Assembly (NCBI RefSeq): GCF_030144855.1
Contig: NC_082706.1
Coordinates: 170,686,001 to 170,750,000 of the forward strand
Source of the DNA: Hypanus sabinus
Taxonomy: Eukaryota
Length of the DNA: 64,000 nt
Direction: 5' to 3'
Shown one piece after another: positions 12,801 to 27,834 of the stretch. A program made the position numbers and the translations under genes. The notes below the pieces were generated by a model. That model saw only the letters and a program-made list of their open reading frames with translations, searched no databases and was not told where the DNA came from. The first letter of the stretch is position 1. Each line of letters begins with the position of its first letter.

Positions 12801-14045
12801 GTCATGCTTGACAAATCTTATTGAATTTTTTGAAGAGGTTACTAGGAAAGTTGACGAGGGTAAAGCAGTGAACGTTGTCTATATGGACTTCAGTAAAGCC
12901 TTTGACAAGGTTCACACGGAAGGTTAGTTAGGAAGGTTCAATCATTAGGTATTAATATTGAAGTAGTAAAATGGATTCAACAGTGGCTGGATGGAGGATG
13001 CCAGAGCGTAGTGGTGGATAACTGTTTTTCAGGTTGGAGGCCAGTGACTAGTGGTGTGCCTCAGGGATCTGTACTGGGTCCAATGTTGTTTGTCAAATAC
13101 ATTAGTGATCTGGATGACGGGGTGGTAAATTGGATTAGTAAGTCTGCAGATGATACTAAGATAGGTGGAGTTGTGGATAATGAAGTAGGTTTTCAAAGCT
13201 TGCAGAGATTTAGGCCAGTTAGAAGAGTAGGCTGAAAGATGGCAGATGAAGTTTAATGCTTATAAGTGTGAGGTGCTACATTTTGGTAGGAATAATCAAA
13301 ATAGGACATACTTGGCATTGAGGAATGCAGTAGAACAGAGTGATCTAGGAATAATGGTGCATAGTTCCCTGACGGTGGAACCTCATGTGGATAGGGTGGT
13401 GAAGAAAGCTTTTGGTATGTTCGCCTTTATAAATCAGAGCATTGAGTATAGGAGTTGGGATGTAATGTTAAAATTGTACGAGGCATTGTTGAGGCCAAAT
13501 TTAGAGTATTGTGTGCAGTTCTGGTCACCAAATTATAGGAAAGATGTCAACAATATAGAGAGAGTACAGAGGAGATTTACTAGAATGTTAGCTGGGTTTC
13601 AGCACCTAAGTTACAGGGAAAGGTTGAACAAGTTAGGTCTTTATTCTTTGCAGCGTAGAAGGTTGAGGGGGGACTTGATAGAGGTATTTAAAATTATGAG
13701 GGGGATAGATAGAGTTGACGTGGTTAGGCTTTTTCCATTCAGAGTAGGGGAGATTCAAACAAGAGGACATGAGTTGAGAGTTAGGGGGCAAAAGTTTAGG
13801 GGTAACTCAAGGGGGAACTTCTTTACTCAGAGAGTGGTAGCTGTGTGGAATGAGCTTCCAGTAGAAGTGGTAGAGGCAGGTTCAATTCTGTCATTTAAAG
13901 AAACATTGGATAGGTATATGGACAGGAAAGGAATGGAGGGTTATGGGCTGAGTGCAGGTAGGTGGGACTAGGTGAGTGCAAGCATTTGGCATGGACTAAA
14001 AGGGCCAAGATTGCCTGTTTTCGTGTTGTAATTGTTATGTTGTTA
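9900..14045 (+). mobile_element. Full-length decayed CR1 LINE (5'UTR, ORF1 with SGNH esterase, ORF2 APE-RT)
   Basis: LLGDSIVRG and HIGTNDIG esterase motifs; VGDFNLPHIDW and SSDHN; DFSKAFDKV; GVPQGSVLGP; ADDTKIGG; 3'UTR ending gtaattgttatgttgtta. Frameshifted. Confidence 0.93.
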
Positions 14046-15897
14046 TACATGCATTGGTGTAATATTCTGTAAGCTGTAGAGCTGTGTATAGTTTCTCTGG
14101 GAAAAAAAAATTATGGAAAATATAAGATATTTTCTGACACCCTTGTACAGAACAATAATTCCCTATCTTCCCTTCATTATGCCACATGGAATTTACAAAA
14201 AAAAATCACTGTCAAATCAGTATTATCCACATACTGTTTTTCTGTTCTGTCATCCTGTCACTAGTTTCTGCTGTTCCTCAACTGTTTGGTCCAAAACTGC
14301 TATCCTGTAAGGCAGGTGGTAGGCATATTGTATGAAGTGTAGTTGTTCCCATCCTACAATAGAACAATGTCAAGTTATTCACATGAGATAATACCCTTAG
14401 TTATAGAAAGAAAATTATTGACATTTAATATAGCTTTCTACAGCTTTGCTTTGATAATAAAACTGACCATGCGAAAATACAAGCTTCTAAAATCCTGCAG
14501 TACTCTTGTTTATTTTTCAAGGTTCCTGTTGCCTACAAGGCTCTGTATTGCACATTGGCATCCAGCCACTTCACTTGTATTACTTCAATAAAACCAGACA
14601 GGCAGATAGGCCCACTAACGTCATGGGTGTGTTTAGGCTACTCGAAACAGCTGTGGAAGAGCAGCATCATCCATGCCATGATCTTATTGAATGTCAGTGC
14701 GAGCTCGAGGGGCCAAATAGCCTATCCTGCTCCCTCATGTGTTTCAATCGGCTTCCAGATCTGCGAGTTACTTTTTGTCAGGGGAGGGGAGCTAGAAATG
14801 ACTCAAAGCTGGAACGATAAAGGTGAATCCAGGCATACTAGGGAAACAGCAAGAACCTGCCTGTGCCATAGGGTCAGTAAGTACAGTATTTTTATGGACT
14901 CAGATGCACTCGCCTGCAAGTGAGGAGGAGTTTCTGTAGGCTCAAACATTAGCTATGCCATCTGTTAAAGGACACTTGCAACTATGGTGCCTTTACCTCC
15001 TTCTGGGATAGTTCAGGAGTAAATGTTGGCCACTAAGCTGTAAAACAGATGATTAATGTATTGATGAACATGACCAGCATTTTCATCTCTTCTCTGACTA
15101 AATAACAGTTGCATCGGTATGTCAAAACTGATTGCATGTTCTGATGAAATTTTAAATTTGAATATGTCCATCACAAGAAGCTTTTTCACCAATCCTTTTG
15201 TTTCCAAGCTCTTGCGGATACTTTACCAGTAAATTTTTAAAAGCTTCTTAAAGACGTTTGGGAAAAGTTCAGAATCAGTTTTAATATCATTGGCTTATGT
15301 CAATGAAACATCAAATGAAATTTGATGTTTTGCGGCAGTAAACCTCAAAAATTAGCATATTCAAAGTATTAATGTGTTTGTGTGGCAATCCATTTTTCAG
15401 ATGAGATCACATACTAAAATAGCTGTCACTCTGTCAACACCTGCAATTTTCCATCAGTTACTCTGCCTTGCGTGTGCAGTGAGGCTTGGAAATGTGAGAC
15501 AAGCACAGGATACTGTTGTCTTAGTTTTGATCACTGACAATATTGTCAGCTGCTCTTCGAGCCTGCAATATTTTAGAAAGGATACATGTTAAAGAGGTGG
15601 TTCACTTTCAACTCGAGTGCATGAGAAAGGGAGCCCGAGAGAGGATATGGAGAATAAAAGTCCTTTGATTAGTCAGATCTCTATTGTCCATTGTCACCCA
15701 TATTCAGCAACATCCAGGGTTAAATCCTTGAGGAAAAAGTGGTGCCAGTAATTTCTAACTATCTTCAATTTCATGTCTATTCTCTTGCACTCTCTACAAT
15801 TGTTCTAAGTTTCCAGTTGAAGCTTGAATGTGTGCCTTCCCCCTCCCCAAACAGCATGGGAAAGAGCAATGAGAGAGTATAGTTTACAGCTCACAGC

Positions 15898-16672
15898 TCT
15901 CACGCACTTCGCTAGAAGAAAGGAAAGGGTTGACTGTTTTCTAGATGGAGAGACAATACATAAAACTGAGACGCAAAGGGACTTGGGAGTCCTTGTACCG
16001 GATCCCCTAAAGGTTAATTTGAAGGATGAGTCTGTGGTGAGGAAGGCATGTGCAATGTTAGCATTCATTTCAAGAAGACTAGAGTATAAAAGCAAGGAGG
16101 TAACGTTGAGACTTTATAAAGCACGGATGAGGCCGCACTTGGAGTATTGTGAGCAGTTTTGGGCTCCTTATCTTAGAAAGGATGTGCTGAAACTGGAGAG
16201 GGTTCAAAGGAGGTTCACAAAAATGATTCCTGGATTGAATGGCTTGTCACATGACAAGCGTTTGGTGGCTCTGGGCCTGTATTCACTAGAATTGAGAAGA
16301 ATGAGGGGTGACCTCATTGAAACCTATTGAATGGTGAATGGCCTTGATAGAGTGGATGTGGAGAGGATGTTTCCTGTGGTGGAGAGTCTAAGATCAGAGG
16401 ACACAGCCTCAGAATAGAGGGGCATCCTTTTAAAACAGAGATAAGGAGAAATTTATTTTGCACGAGTGTGGTGAATTTGTGGAATTCACTGCCACCGTAT
16501 TTAAGTATATTTAAGGTGAAGGTTGATGGATTCATGATTGGTCAGGGCATGAAGGGATATGGGGAGAAGGCAAGAGATTGGGGCTGAGAGGAAAATTGGA
16601 TCAGCCATGATGAAATGGCGGAGCAAACCCGATGGGCCAAATGGCCTAATTCTGCTTCTATGTCTTATGCTA
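15898..16672 (+). mobile_element. 5'-truncated CR1 LINE
   Basis: QRDLGVLV...RPHLEYCEQFWAPY...RGDLIETY plus CR1 3'UTR. Confidence 0.9.
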
Positions 16673-16883
16673 TTATTGTCTCTCCTACCAAGCACTGTCA
16701 TGGAGAGAATATGTCAAAGAAAGGCACTTAAAGGAATAACTTTTTCACCCACTTTGTATTAGCACTCTGCCTCCTTTAAAAACATCAAATAGCCCTGTGC
16801 CAATTTCTGTTTCCACACCTGTTTAAATTAATTTTGATAATTAATTAAAAATGCTGATAATAATGAGCAAATAAGACAATGGA

Positions 16884-17090
16884 CTGACTGGTGGTGTAGT
16901 GGCAGCAACACCGGACTTCAAGGCAGGTGGTCCTGAGTTCAAACCCAGCTGGATCCAAACCTAGGCAGCAGCAGTATCTGTGCAGAAGGAAGTCCTGGCA
17001 ATCTACTTCCGTATCTTATCATGAAAACTCTATGGACCCTATGGTCCATGAGGTCATGAAGAGGCGGATTTGACTTAATGACTAAACTAA
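16884..17090 (+). mobile_element. tRNA-derived SINE with RTE/BovB-like 3' tail
   Basis: A box TGGTGTAGTGG, B box GAGTTCAAACC; tail ggcaatctacttccgtatctt...gtccatgaggtcatgaagagg...gacttaatgactaaac. Confidence 0.75.
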
Positions 17091-17279
17091 TATCTATAGG
17101 TCGAGAAACAGAGCTTAACTTTTCAGGTTAATAACCTCTCGTCAGCATTGTTTCATCAATGTTCTGTACTTTTCTTATGGCTATCACTATTTTATGACAA
17201 TTATCATTTTTGTACCATAAAATATTTGAAATAAAAGGGAAACATTTCTAATTTTTGTCATTTTGCCAATCTATCTTTA

Positions 17280-17476
17280 ATGAACACTACCTCACTTTTT
17301 AAAAAATATATGATTTCTGTTTTTGTACTGTTTTTAATCTATTTAATATACATAGTATACACATACTGTAATTTATTTATTTGTTTTTGTTTTGCTTTTT
17401 TCTTGCTGCTGCTAAGTTAACAAATTTCACAACACGTGCTGGTGATAATAAACCTAATTCTGATTCTGATTCTGAT
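17280..17476 (+). mobile_element. Rex1/Babar 3'UTR fragment
   Basis: aacactacctcacttttt...gataataaacctaattctgattctgattctga, the same tail as on the larger Rex1 copies. Confidence 0.75.
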
Positions 17477-17577
17477 CAACTCTGGGAAACAAGATTCGAG
17501 TGGATTCCTGTGATTTTACAGCTATCCTCCTCTCCCATTCTCTTTTAATATGATACAGACACATATAAGATATGTAA

Positions 17578-18021
<444 letters not shown>

Positions 18022-20564
18022 TAACCCATTTTTAAATACACCAGAGCTGTTACCCCTTAAATGGGGCAGACATCTTCCTTCTGTTAGTAAGTGGGGTGGA
18101 GTTCCTCCTCACTCTTGTTAAAAGTTATAGAAACAAGATTAGAGTAAACTTCTTTTTACACTTCCAGTTGTGTAGCTAATACTCACCATGCATTCAATAA
18201 TTCTGCAGGCAAAACATCTTGTGGTTTACAAATCTATCATCGAGGAACTTTTAGTCTTATATTCATGTTTGCCAGGAGAAGAGTGATAATAGTTTAGCTA
18301 CCTTAGAATGCTTGAATATTAGGTGTCCTCTGAAATACCACTGACTTACGTAGAAAATCCTGGCCATGTCTGATTGTATTCTATTGCTTGCCAAAATAAA
18401 TCCTTTTCACACAGTCCATTATGTGTATCTGAGCAGAAATAATTTATTTTACAAGTGATCAAGAATATTATCCTTGTTTTATTATTGCACACAAAACATC
18501 AGCCTGAGGCCACCAAAATTATTTTTAGACACAAAGCAATCCTTTCACCTCCCATCTCCATTGGCGGCTTAGCAATGAAATTCATTACCAGCTGTGTCCA
18601 TCTGCCCCTCACCTTGCCCTGTCACTAATCCATCAGACTCCCCTCTGAGGATATTCTCAGCACTGCATTCTGCAAAACTGAAAACGAACTAGATTTGGAG
18701 TTTATTTCAGATAATGACATAGGCTTAAAATTCTTCACTTGTATCATAGGGAAAGTCTTCCTTTGTGTTACAAAATCAAAACCCCATTCTTTGTAGGACT
18801 GTTTTACAGTGCCACAACGCATAGCAAAATTCTAACCCCCATCCATTAATTCAGCACATCTGCAGCTGTACAAATCAGCCAGTATCTCCTGTTCTTTGTG
18901 CTGTTTCTGTATTGTGTCTGCAGTGTGCTGCTAGTGGTGATGTAATCTTTTGGAAGAAGCTGAGCAGCTAAAAATAGGACATTACCACCACATTACATCT
19001 TCAAGTGCCAAGCTCAGCTCTGAAGCAAGTGCTTGGTTTTGATCCAGTCCAATCAAACCAATGAAGCTGGGGTCAACTCTGATGTTTAACCTAGATCTGC
19101 AGTCTACTTTGTGATGTAGATAATTGTTTTGTCAATCCTGAGGGTTTATAAATATTGATGATAGTGGCAAATACCTGGTTCCTGCACTTGAAAGGCTCCT
19201 AATAGCAGTTTAAATTCAATGGTGACTCATTTCAAATGATAAATCAGAAACTACTAGCTTAAAGGTTGAAGGAGAAACTAAAATGGGGCAGATACTTTAT
19301 TATCATAGGTGTTCAGGTGCAGTTTTCATAAAGCTGAAGTGATTGCTCTTTCAAAAAGCATCAATAATTTTTCAGGCTCATTAATATTGAGGACAGTTTT
19401 CCTGTGGTTGAATGTAATTCCAGAATTTTTTCCATATTCTGTACTTTATGATAACTGATCCATTCCCTATTTGTGCACCAGGGCTATACAGCAGACATTT
19501 CAAAATGTTCACTTTTAAGATAAAGAAAAGCAGGTAGGTAATACATAAATAGTCCCACTCACCATTTGTTTGAGTTACTTTTAACTAAGCCATTTAAGAC
19601 AGAAGTAATTTCTTTTAACAGGTAGATATTCTAGAAGGTAAATAAAACCTTACAAAATGTTTTGAACAAGTTTTAATCACCCAAAATGTCAGAGAGAGTG
19701 CTGTTCTTGTGACACTTCAGGTGATTAAAATGAAATCTGACCTGGGTCTTAGAGTTTAATTTTGCTCTTCCCAGCAGATCATAAGGACTTTGGGTGAAGT
19801 GAGTAATGTTTATTCTGTGATCCAAAAGGGACTACAGCTGAGTGCAATTGACTAGATGACTCTTTTCCTTCCTGACACCTTTGCAGATTCACATTTATCC
19901 CGAGTAGCTAGTCCAGAATCATAAGCATTCAACTATTTTACCTGTTACCCTATGCAATTTTTAAGCTGGCTCTGAAATTCCATCCTTCATTCTGCTATAT
20001 TTATCCCAGTGAAAAGAGGTTGTGCCCCTCTAGAGAGCTGTTCATTTTAGAATGTCGTGCCTCAGTATATTTGCAAATCCATCACCGAGTCTCCTGCCAC
20101 TATTACCTCACATTCTGGAAGAGTTCCCAGCATCGCCTCACGCTCTTCCCAGTCAAGCTGCTGCACCATCCTTCCATTCACTGAACTGTGATTTACACAC
20201 AAGATAAATACGCAAAGCTAACCACAGTACAAAAATTTCCAGAGTCCACACCCTCTTCGGTGGCCCACTGCAATGTTCCTGCCATGCATATCAGGAGCTT
20301 TGTTTCCAAGCGGTGGCAAAGTTATCAATTTTTAGGGCATCAGCTGCCCAGGCAGACAAGATTCAATAGATGTAGTTTTGTAGCATTCCTCTAAGTGTAC
20401 TTGGTCCCTGGTGAGGAATTATGTTTTCAACATTAGCTCTTCATTAAATGATTTACATTGAATATTTACTGAAGGGAAAGCTGACCACAGATGTCCCATT
20501 AATGCAAAACAGTAGATATTTTCAATTATATGCCCATTGTAATTGAAGAAAAAATCATTGACCA

Positions 20565-21062
20565 GAGCAACACACACAGAGTGCTGAAGGAACTCAACAA
20601 GTCAGCAGCATCCATGGAAGGAAATAGACAATCAACATTTTGGGTTGAGACCCCTCATCAGGACTAGAAAGGGAGGGTAAAGAAACCAAAATAAAAAGGT
20701 TCGGGTAGGGGAAGCAATACAAACCAGAAGGTGATAGGTGAAACCATGTGAGGTGAAGTAAGAAGTTGGGAGGCAATAGGTGGAAGGGGTAAAGTGCTGA
20801 AGAAGAAGAAATTTGATAGGAGAGGACAGTTAACCATGGAAGAAAGGGAAGAAGGAGGGGCACCAGAGAGAGGTGATTGGCAGGTGAGGAGAAGAAAGGG
20901 GTGAGAGGAGTACCAGAATGGAGAACGATAAAGAAGCAAGGAGGAGGGTGGAGAAATTACCAGAAGTTAGAGAAATCTAAGTACACACCCTCAGGTTGGA
21001 GGTTAACCAGATGGAATATGAAGTGTTACTCCTCCAGTCTGAGTGTGTCTTCATCCTGGCAG
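20565..21062 (-). mobile_element. Penelope-like element 3' fragment with decayed hammerhead motif
   Basis: Minus strand: GIY-YIG C-terminus-like sequence, pyrimidine tract, then AGTC-CTGATGA-GGGG tctcaa CCC-AAAA-TGTT. Confidence 0.75.
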
Positions 21063-22759
21063 CATGAGTTGCTCAAGATTTCCAAAATTTTCAGAATCTC
21101 TTGTGTTAATAGGCTTTTAGGAGAACCAAGGTATTGTTTGGATCAATAACTACTGATCCCAAAGAAAAAATCTATTATAATAAAGTAATGCCTCAGCCTG
21201 GATTCCTCTGCTTTTTGAAGCTCCTTGTCTACAGCCTTCACCTTTATGAAAGGTGCATCTTACAGATTGGAAATTATATGAGTATGCAAAGGGCAAGTGT
21301 TGAGCAGAGTCAATTATTGGTGTCAACTGGAATGAACTCTCTCAGAAAAAAGTATTAGCAAATTATTTATATACTATCAGCAAACTATTTGAAGATGAAG
21401 GTCCTTGCAGCTGAGGTCAATGAGTCATTACCTGATTCAAAGTATATACACTTCCCAGCATATGAAACTGAATAATAGTTGGTGCAGGCCGATTATTTTT
21501 CAATCCCACTCTGAAAAACGGGGCCACAAAAACAAGTTGGAATGGGCTGACTTTTGGATTTCCTACCTACAGAGTTGCAAAGAAAGTCATTGCATTCATT
21601 TAAAACAGGATGAATAGATTTCTGAATTTTATGGGGCTTGCTAGAAAAAGGCACTGGGTGTGGAGAATCAGCCACGAAGTTGAAGATTGATGGAGAAGAC
21701 TCAAAGGGCCTGTTGACCCCTTCTTGATCTTATTTCTTGCGTTCTGGTGATCTGTGTTAGACACTGTCAGACAGGAGGTGTTGAATGAGTGTAGCATGTT
21801 GCCATTTAATCACCAGTTCTTCTTGAAATGGCATAAAAATCTCAAACTTGCTAATGATTTAGGATGGCAGAATGAAATGAGCTTGAACAGTTTCAATCTA
21901 AATTGCAACCACAAAACTGCTATTGATTTTGCTCATGAGTAATCTGACTTAAAGTCTCAATTTAATTCCCTATTGTGTGAATTGGAATTGCCATTCTAAT
22001 AAATTTAAGAATGGTTCTCTTTGGAATTCAATGTCTCTCATATTGGCTTTTCATTCAGGAATAGTAGTAGGGATTTTACAATTGGCAATGCTTGGCAAGT
22101 TCAGCTTTAAAGAAATATGAGCTGTAAGTGCCTAATATTCCGTTATAGATTTGCATTTGCTAATTCTAGATCCAGGAAATGTGACAGTATTAAAACATTA
22201 CAATTCACTTTCCACAACAGTTAGAAAATGCAAAAGTGAGTTGTATTGGTTCAAGTAATGACCAGTCTTAAATTAGTTGCCCCTAGGCAAGATACAAGAA
22301 AATACACTATTGCATGGGATATATTTATAAATGGCACATAGTTCTACATAGCACCACAGCTCCCTATCATTCTACAATGTATAAATGATCAAGCTGGTTA
22401 TCTGAAATCCAGTTGTAGGTGAGCAGAATCTTGTACCAACTTTGCCCCTTCCATAAATGTGGTTCGTCACCCTTAACTCCATCCATCCCTTTCTAAAGTA
22501 AAACCAGGTTACTTGCAGCATTTGTATCTTAATCCTTAACTGAACTTCAGAACATGTTAACTATATCATCAATAATATTGTCTGTGCAGTGCCTGAGACC
22601 TTCCCAGCCTGTTTATCTGCTGCTGGAACCCTTATCCACCTCTTTGTTAACATTAAAATTGATCATTCAAGCTTTTCTAGCCCAACTCCCTCGTGCAACC
22701 TTCTATAAACTTGAAAACTCTGTCAATTTGTTCATTTGTACTATTATTGCCCTTTCAAA

Positions 22760-23470
22760 GTTCAAAATCCAAAGCAAATTTATTAGCAAAATGCATATAC
22801 ATCCCTGTATACCACCGAAGCTTCATTTTCTTGCAGACATACACAGTAGGTCAAAGAAATACAAAAGAAACAATGAAAAACTGCACACAAAGACTGACAA
22901 AGAACCAATATGCAAAATAAGTCATACTGTACTACAGAAACAACAAATGATAATAATGAATCAACGGTAAATAAATAATAGTGAGAACATTTTACATGGT
23001 AGCGTACTGGTTAGCACAATGCTTCACAGTACCAGGGAGTCTGCTTCAATTGCTGCCGCTGTTTGTAAGGAGTTTGTGTGTTCAACCTGTGGCCTCGTGG
23101 CTTTCCTCCTGGTGCTCTGTTTTCCTGCCTCAGTCCAAAGACATCTAAAGGTTAATTAGTCATTGTGTATTGTCCTGTGATTAGGCGAGGGTTAAATTGG
23201 CAGTTGCTGGGTGGCATGGCTCAAAGTGCTGGAAGGGCCAGTTCCAAACTGCATTAATACATAACTACGTTTTGTTGGGTCAGAATGGCCTGTTCGGCAC
23301 TGCATAACATGAGTTGTAGAGTCCTTGAAAGTGAGTCTATAGGTTGTGGAATGAGTTCAGTATTAAGGTGAGTGAAGTTATCCAGGTTTGTTCAGAAGCC
23401 TGATGGTTGAAGGGTAATAACTGTTCCTGAACCTGATGGCGTGGGACTTGAGGCTCCTTTGCTTTCTGTT
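22760..23470 (-). mobile_element. Rex1-type 3' fragment interrupted by an HE1/V-SINE-like SINE (~22993-23255, +)
   Basis: aagttcaaaatccaaagcaaatttatt terminus and agcctgatggttgaagggtaataactgttcctga C-terminal segment; SINE with tggtagcgtactggttagc head. Confidence 0.65.
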
Positions 23471-23954
23471 CAGTGGTATTCACTCATCATCTTTGTACAA
23501 AACTATACTAGCTTCACTATTCTGTGTTTTTTCTCAGTATTAGAAATCTGGCCCAGACTGGGCATTATTACAGTTCTGTTATAAGATTGAACAGTAACCC
23601 CAATATAAAATGAACTTTGTAAATTTCACATAGGTGTGATAGAGCTTTGTCAAGTTTGATGTTATCTGTGAGGAAAATTATTTTGGTAACCAATTCCATG
23701 CTTAAGAAAAGCATACAAGATACCTTAAGGAGCAGCTTCTCTGGACTGTAATTCATGACCACTTGCCAGATTATTACCAATATTGCAAGTTTACAGAAAA
23801 ATTAATGGTATATGGAGGCCTAACCCCAAAATAGTATCTTGGAAAAACATGACTGACCCAATGTCAGAGTTTGTTCCAATTTCATTTAGAATTCCGGGTC
23901 GAGGTGATCCCCACGATGGGCAGAAAATTTTGTCTCCTATTGAAGGTCCGGGGA

Positions 23955-24172
23955 GAAATAGAGTCATAGAAAAGTACAGCACAGAAATGGCCCTTCAGCC
24001 CATCTAGAATGTGCCAAACCATTTAAACTGCCTACTCCCATCGTCCTGCACTGGGACCATAACCCTCCATACCCCTATCATCCATGTACCTATCCAAACT
24101 TCTCTTAAACATTGGAATTGAGCTTGCAAGCACTTGAGCTGGCAACTTGTTCCACTCTCTCACGACTCTCTG
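23955..24172 (-). mobile_element. CR1 3' fragment
   Basis: catagaaaagtacagcacagaaatggcccttcagccc terminus. Confidence 0.7.
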
Positions 24173-24499
24173 ACTGTAGAAGTTGGCAGAGTGATTGGTG
24201 TAGTTTCCATCTTTGCTATTGGTGTGGGCTTCTTCTTTTCAATAGAAAAAATGTAAATGTCACAGATATAAGATACAGAGTTTTAAAACAAAGATTTTAT
24301 TTGGGTGAATTGTCTACTTGGTCTGTATAATGGGGGCATATTTACTGGATGCAGAATTAATTTTAACTTGATTGATATGACCCTCACAGGTTTGGTGGAA
24401 TGCATGCTTGTCTTTTCTCCTAATGTTACATCACCATTGACCTCAGTCAGGTGTGGTGTGAACCCAATGTTGCATCTTAAGAGACACAAGAATCTGCAG

Positions 24500-25300
24500 A
24501 TGCATAACCAGGCTTCCATTTCCATGCTATTCCAACTCCCCTTCCTATTCCCACACCGAATTGTCCATCCTCAACTTTCCCCACTGCCTGGATAAAGACA
24601 AAAGGAAACTAGAGGAACAACATTTCATATCCTGCCTAGGTAGTCTACAGCCCAATGGTATGAAGATTAAATTTTCCAAATTCAGGTAATCCCCAACTCC
24701 TGTGTTTCCCAGACCATCTTCTATCTCCCTTTCCTTCGGGTCATCCTCTGACCTTCTGATTTGTGTCCACTTTCTTGTAACCCTTTCCAGCCCCCCATCA
24801 CCCATGTTTGATCCCCTCTTTCCTGGCTTCATGGTTCCATTCACCACAACCAATATAGTTCCCCACTGGAGCCCCCATTTAATTTCATTTTTATATCTCG
24901 CCCATAATTCTATTATCGTCTTCCTTACTTTTCAGATTCCATTACTGGCAGCCTTTACATCCCTGCTTATCATCGCCTTCCTGTGTCTAACTTTGCTCTC
25001 CTCTCCAGTACCATTTTTTTTCTTCCTCCACCTCTCATCTGCCTGCCTGTCTCTGAATTCCAGCCCCCCTCCCCTCCTCTTCCTGGCTTCATATACCCAT
25101 TATCCTTCACCCCACCTCAGTTCACCCATCTCCCACTGGACTCTGTCTGACCACTGCCCATCTCCTCCTTATAATGAACATCTTCCCTCTCAGAGTTAAT
25201 GCTGGATTGCAACTCAAAACGTTGACCTTTCCTTCTTCCCCCACTGTTTCTGCCTGACTTGTAGAGTTTCTCGAGCAGAATGTTTGTGGCTTTAGCATTA
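24500..25300 (+). mobile_element. Penelope-like element 3' fragment
   Basis: RKLEEQHFISCLGSLQPNGMKIKFSKF-like segment, pyrimidine tract and decayed terminus. Confidence 0.72.
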
Positions 25301-26959
25301 CATCTAATTTTGTCAGTTCCTAGATAGAGAGTTCAGTTAAAATGGTCCTAATAGAGGTAGTTGGTGTCAGTCGCTTTGGCCAAGTGTCCATGGTACAAGG
25401 ATTTCAAGAGCCCAACATTTTCTAAATGCTGGCAATCAACCTCCCATCCACTAAGTGATTTTCTGCTGATGATTTGGAATGTGTGGAATATGATCTTCCT
25501 TTTGGAGATGATCTCATTTATGATCATCATACCATGATTGTCTGAATCCTCTTGACATATCCAATATTGCATATTGGCATCAACAAATAATGGCATTCAG
25601 ATGATCTGTTTCTAACTCAGCATTACGCTGCTCAGAAAGCCCTAACCTTAAAAACTTATACCTACTTTAATCCAGTGTCAGCTGTCAGCTAAAATGAATA
25701 TACAAGCAAGGTAAGCAGAATTTCTTGGTGAACCTGTCATTTAAAAAAATATATCACTGCTCCACTGTGCAAATGAAATTTGATTCAACAGAACAACTTC
25801 ACTTGCACCTGATCTTAGAGGCTTGACTTCAGTGCTCTCAAGATTTATCTGAAACCTTATATTTTTGCTTCCACGCATGGGCATGGACACATTGAATTTT
25901 CCACAGCTCATACAGAATTAACCTCAATGTAACGTTTCTAACAAAAGTTCACTGAGCTGTAATGTTCATTAAGCCTACTTTTCTCACCTCATGGATGCTG
26001 CGTTGCTTACTGAGTGTTCCCATTTTAGCTTTTATTTCAGATTTCCTGAACCTTCAGATTTTTTTTCATTTTGCATAATGTATTTGGTGTACTTAGCTCA
26101 CTCTAAGGAGCAAAGAAGAATAATAACATAATATTCTGTAGTTTTAAACCAAGTGAAAGCATGCAATAGCTGGAGAGCAGAGCATTTCAGAGACAGCTGC
26201 CAAAATCATTTTACAAGTTCACAGAGGAATGTCATTTATTCTAACGATGTAAAAGCAGAAGCAACCATTCTGAGTTTTCTCTATTGCACCACTAAAAGGC
26301 AGCAAACTAAGGTTATCCTTTAATGTTGATTTTGCTGGTGACAGCAGGACTATCCCAGCAAGAATAAAACATCTTTGTCACCCTTTTTCTCGTGAAAGTA
26401 GCCTCCTCTGTGTTTATAAATGATTATAAATATAAATGTAGCATTTTTCTGCAGATTCTAAAATGAAGGAGAAGCAGAATGGGGTCGATCATTTTGAGCA
26501 AAGATAAAACAGGACGTTCAGCCTAAGCTAGTGTGAATATTGGTTATGGATATATTTTCACAGTACGGTTTCCTTGTACTCTATTATTGATTGTAGAAAT
26601 TGGTGGTAATATTAGCTAAATTGTACTGTAAATGGACATAAAGGCTAAGAGTGAATTCCTTATAGAATACAAAAGAAATATATAGGTGACTTCCAATTCA
26701 AATAAACCTGTAGAATCCTCTTAGGTTGACCGAGAAGTTCGATCAAAAAAATTCAGGACTTAGATATAATAGGGTGTTATGCAAAAGGGTACAATGGGAA
26801 AGATGTTTAAGAGGCTCTGAGTCAAGCCTTTTCAGCAGTATACGAGCGGAGATTTAGAAATGTCGGGGTTGACAGCTAAAGCAGGCTGCCTGGGCTATTT
26901 AAACTCCTGGATATGGAGACTACTGAGGACCAAACACCATAAGGAGGCAATGAGATAGG

Positions 26960-27390
26960 TAGCCAAAGTCTCTGGCTGAATGTACTCCTGTGCCTAACCA
27001 GTACATTATTGAGTGGATGGGAGACATTGTCCAAGGTGGCATGCAACTTGAACAGCATCTTCTTTTCAGACACCACCGTCAGAGAGTCCAGTTCCACCCC
27101 CACAACATCACTGGCCTTACAAATGAGTTTGTTGATTCTGTTGGTGTCTGTTAATCCTCAGCCTGCTGCCCAAGCACACAACAGCAAACATGATAACACT
27201 GGCCACCACAGACTCGTAGAACATCCTCAGCATTGTCCAGCAGATGTTAAAGGGCCTCAGTCTCCTCAGGAAGTAGAGACGGCTCTGACCCTTCTTGTAG
27301 ACAGCCTCAGTGTTCTTTGACCAGTCCCGTTTATTGTCCATTCATATTCCCAGGTATTTGTAATCCTCCACCATGTCCACACTGACCGAA
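26960..27390 (-). mobile_element. Rex1/Babar LINE RT C-terminal fragment
   Basis: KKGQSRLYFLRRLR..MLRMFYESVVASVIMFAVVC (27117-27341). Confidence 0.8.
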
Positions 27391-27834
27391 TCTACCTAAA
27401 TCTACCTAAGTCTCTGTTACTCAGATCTCTGGTCTCCACCAGCCTGTCACAGACAGCCTTCTCACACTGACCCTCCACTCCCAACAAACATTAGGTAGGC
27501 TGAGAAGGGGCAATATGGGGGGGTTGGCCCTAGGATGCCACTGAAGAACCAGAGACAGAGGGCAAAACTAAAGTTGGGACTTCATCTTCTGTCAAGGCTA
27601 ATTTATTTTTACATTTAGAGTTATGTGAGAACTTATTATTGGAAGTAAATAATCACAAAATGTTAAACCTAAAATGAAGTTAATTTAAAAATCACCCAAG
27701 CACTTAGAAATAATTAAAAATATTAAACAGAAATAAAATAACCTTCCCTGGTGCTTCTGATTCTCTGAGTCTAATTTGCCCAGGTAAGTTTCAAGATGGA
27801 GTGACTGACGCTGTCTGGATCAGAGAGCAAGTGC

